NCBI GenBank assembly: GCA_014905635.1
Contig: CM026548.1
Location: forward strand, 806,001 to 870,000
Source: Scenedesmus sp. PABB004
Taxonomy: Eukaryota
DNA: 64,000 bases
Direction of reading: 5' to 3'
The notes beneath the pieces are model-generated. The model was not told the DNA's origin and searched no databases. It saw nothing but the letters and a program-made list of their open reading frames with translations. Positions 61,188 to 64,000 of the stretch are shown one piece after another. The position numbers and the translations under genes were made by a program. Position 1 is the stretch's first letter; each line of letters starts with the position of its first letter.

Positions 61188-61548
61188 CCTGTTGCCCCGC
61201 CCCTGGGCTGCCTGGGCGCCTGTCACAGCGCTGCGGCTCGCCACGTCTCAGTGACAGCCGTGTGCTGCGTCCATGCGGGGCGGGAGGGCCTGGCGCGCGC
61301 GGGCGGGGCTGTGCAGGGCCCGGCAGGCGCTCGAGCGGGGCTGGCGCGCCGGGCACCGCGCGCCGCGAGCGCGGCTCGACCGGGGACGCTTGAGAGCAGC
61401 GTCGGGGCGCTCCTGGGCTGCGCGCCGCGCGGCGCCGCGCCACCTGGCGCGCCGCGCTCAAATCGAACCCCTGTGCCCCGCCTGACAACTGCGCAGCGCC
61501 CAGCCCGCCCCCGCCAGGCGCCGCAGCGGCAGCCGGGGCCCGCGCGCC

Positions 61549-62908
61549 ATGGAGGCGCGGATGGCGCCGGCGCGGCGGCGCAGGGCGACCCGGCTGGCGC
61601 TGCTGCTGCTCTGCGCCCTGCTGGCGCTGGGCCTGCAGCTGCGCAGCCGGCGCGACGCTGCGTCTGGGACGCCCAGGGCGCCGGGTGGCACGCAGCGACT
61701 CGCGGCGGCGCCGCCGTCGCCGGGCGGCGCGCGCGCGCCGCTGCTGCTGCCGCTGCGCGGCGACGCCGGCGGCGCCGGCGGCGGCGGGCGGCGGCGGCGG
61801 CGGCTCGGGCGCCTGGCCAGGCTCGCCTCCGTTCAGGTGGGGGCAGCGCTGGACGGCGGCGCGTCCGTGGCGCGGCGCGGCGAGCCACCCCGCACCTGCC
61901 GCGCCGCGCGGCCGCGCACCGCGCCGCGCGACCGCGCCGCCCGCTGCGCCGCGCAGGCTGCCGCGGCTCATCCACCAGACCGTGCGCGACAAGGGCCGCC
62001 TCTCCTGCCAGCAGCGCGCGTCGATCGAGAGCTGGCGCGCGCAAAACCCGGGGTGGACGCACCGGCTCTGGGACGACGCAGAGATGCGGGCCTTTGTGGC
62101 GGAGCGCTACCCCCAGCTGCTGCCGCTGCCGTACGACGCGTTCCTGTCCGGCGCGGAGCGCGCCGACGTGTGGCGCGTGCTCGTGCTGCACGCGGTGCGG
62201 CGGCGCGCGGCGCGGCGCCGGGGGCGGGCGTGCGCCCCCGACCTGACCTGGCGCGCGCGCCGCGCGCCGTGCGCCGCCGCAGCTGGGCGGCGTGTACGCG
62301 GACGTCGACGTCGTGTGCCTGAAGCCAGTCGAGGCGTGGAGCGCGGAGCACGGCCACGACGCGGCCGTGCTGCTGGGCGTCGAGAACTATGACGAGGCGC
62401 GGCTGCACCCGCTGCACGTCGTCAACTGGGCGCTCGCGGCGGTGCCGGGGCACCCGCTGCTCGGGCGCGCCTTCCCCGCCGCCGTGTCGGCGGCGGTGCA
62501 GCGCCAGTTCTTCGCGGCCGCGGCGGACGGCAAGCCCGTCAGCGGCGCCGCGTACGAGGCCGGCATCATCGACCGCACGGGCCCAGCCGCGCTCTCGGCC
62601 GCGCTCTACGCCTGGTTTGCCGCGGCTGGCGTGCCCGACCCGGCCGCGCTCACATACGCCAACGTCACGTCCGCCGGTGGGCTCGCGGTCGGCGGCGTGC
62701 GCGTCGCGCCGATTGACCGCCTCGGCGCGGGCTGGGAAACCGCCGCGGCGCGGCGCGAGGGCGGCAACGTCACTTGCGCCGACGTCGCCGCGAAGCACCC
62801 GCGCGCGTGGGTGTGCCACCAGTTCCACGGTCAGCGCGTGGCGCGCGCCGGCGCGCAGGCCGCCGCCGGACGCCGCCGGGCGGCGACGCTGCCGGCGCTC
62901 CCGCCTTA

Positions 62909-62941
<33 letters not shown>

Positions 62942-62999
62942 AGGCTCTTGGCGCGCAAAGTGGAGCTTCGCGGAGCGGCACACGTGGGACGACTGCTGA
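61549..62999 (+). CDS. Glycosyltransferase family 32 (DxD, OCH1/SUR1-like), type II membrane protein
   Basis: N-terminal TM RLALLLLCALLALGL; LPRLIHQT, SIESWRAQNPGWTHRLWDD, ERADVWRVLVLHA-LGGVYADVDVVCLKP, NWALAAVPGHPLL, DRTGPA, HQFHGSWR. Confidence 0.92.
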
Positions 63000-63408
63000 C
63001 GCGCGGGGGGAAGGGGACGGGAGACTCGTGGGCGCATCCCTCACGCATGCCACGCTCGTCAACGTTAAGGCTGGGGCTGAGAGAGAGATGGGTATTGGTT
63101 TGTGGGAAAGGGGCCGTCGGTTGAAGGAGACGCTTCATCTGTCACGCGCGCGCGAGCAGCGGGGGGGCGCGTTTGCTTGCGCAGGCGGCGCAGCGGCGGC
63201 AACAAACGAAGGTGCCGTGCCCCTCCGACCTGCGCCCTCCAGGGCGCGCAGCAGCCGCTCTCACGCAAGCGGCTGCGCGCCAGGGATTCAAAACCGCCGC
63301 GCGGCCGCCCGTCCGCCGACCTGCCGCGCCGCCGCTGCGCCCAGTTCGCCAGTTCGCACCCCTGCGCCCCTGGCACGCGCTCCCCCGCCCCGTGGCAACA
63401 CCACGGCC

Positions 63409-64000
63409 ATGGACTGGATCGCACGGCAGTTCGGCCGGCAGCGCCGCGGCGGTGCGGCGGCGCCGCCGACGCCCCCGCGGCGCCCGCCGCAGCGCGCGAG
63501 CTCGCGCCTGGCGCGCGGCGCGGCGCCCCGCTGGACCTCACCAGCCCCCTGGAGGCGGGCTTGCCCGCTGCGCCGCCGCCCGGCGCCAAGCCCGCGGACG
63601 GCTCGCCTGCCGCGCGAGCGCCGGCGCACGGCGCGCGTGCAAGCCTGCGCCGCAGCAGCGCGTCGTTCTGGCGGCTGGCGGAGGAGCTGGGCGGCAGCGG
63701 CAACCAGGGCGACGACGCGGCCCCCTCGCCCGCGGCGGCCGCAGGCGGGGGTGACTCGGGCCTGCAGCAGCACCTGCTCGCGCCAGACAGCCCGCCGCCA
63801 GCAGCAGCAGGGGGCGAGCAGCCCGGCGCCGTGTCAGCGGCGGCGGCGAGCGCGCTGCTGGCGGCCGCGAGCGACGTGCGCGTCGTCGCCGCCCTGGCGG
63901 CGCTTTCGCGCTCCGATTTGATCCCCCTGAGGCGCGACGACGACGGCTCGGGCAGCATCGACGCAACGCTGGCCTGGTGCCTTGAGGTCGGCCGCCGCGC
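63409..64000 (+). CDS. 5' part of a gene of unknown function, truncated by the window edge
   Basis: gccATGG start MDWIARQFGRQRRG, possible short intron 63452-63492, then an open frame ...SLRRSSASFWRLAEELGG...DATLAWCLEVGRR. Confidence 0.45.

Noticed and set aside
63088..63409. Upstream in-frame ATG (MGIGLWERG...) extending the last gene
   Set aside because: It lies in the probable 3' UTR of the GT32 gene with non-coding-like composition; ATG 63409 has the better context.
1..64000. Hundreds of long overlapping Arg/Ala/Pro/Gly-rich ORFs on both strands (e.g. 35599-40386 minus, 21068-24595 minus)
   Set aside because: Stop codons are rare at this GC content; these are shadow frames of real genes with no domain motifs.
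1..64000. A functional gene cluster or prokaryote-type defence/mobile system
   Set aside because: Neighbouring genes have unrelated housekeeping functions and carry spliceosomal introns; no transposase, RT, integrase or viral hallmark gene was detected.

Overview
Very GC-rich, intron-dense eukaryotic nuclear DNA that looks like a chlorophyte green alga (inferred Sphaeropleales/Selenastraceae-like, from TGTAA poly(A) signals, PCYA1, a non-RD TKL receptor kinase, a BTB-BACK family gene and ~80-250 nt GC-rich introns). Most long ORFs in the six-frame track are GC artefacts, so I built the genes by manually splicing recognisable exons. About 20 tightly packed genes: PCYA1 bilin reductase, three small secreted proteins, a degenerate phosphomannose-isomerase-like protein, a receptor-like TKL kinase, a 2-TM microprotein, a strawberry-notch helicase with a UBA tail, CUSTOS-like, WDR81/GFS12-type BEACH protein, MINDY deubiquitinase, a 55-aa TM ORF followed by a ~1400-aa unknown helical protein, a frameshifted BTB-BACK gene, TAF2, HisIE, an LSMT-type SET protein, INCENP, a GT32 glycosyltransferase and a partial gene at the right edge. 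No rRNA, tRNA, CRISPR or autonomous transposon was seen. Highlights: very frequent atypical AG|GCGCG GC-AG introns (7 of ~23 in one gene), a candidate bicistronic or readthrough locus, a PMI pseudoenzyme, a strawberry-notch tail with PIP-like/SIM/UBA motifs, and a candidate amidated secreted pro-protein. CDS coordinates span introns. Several single-base frameshifts are probably assembly errors.
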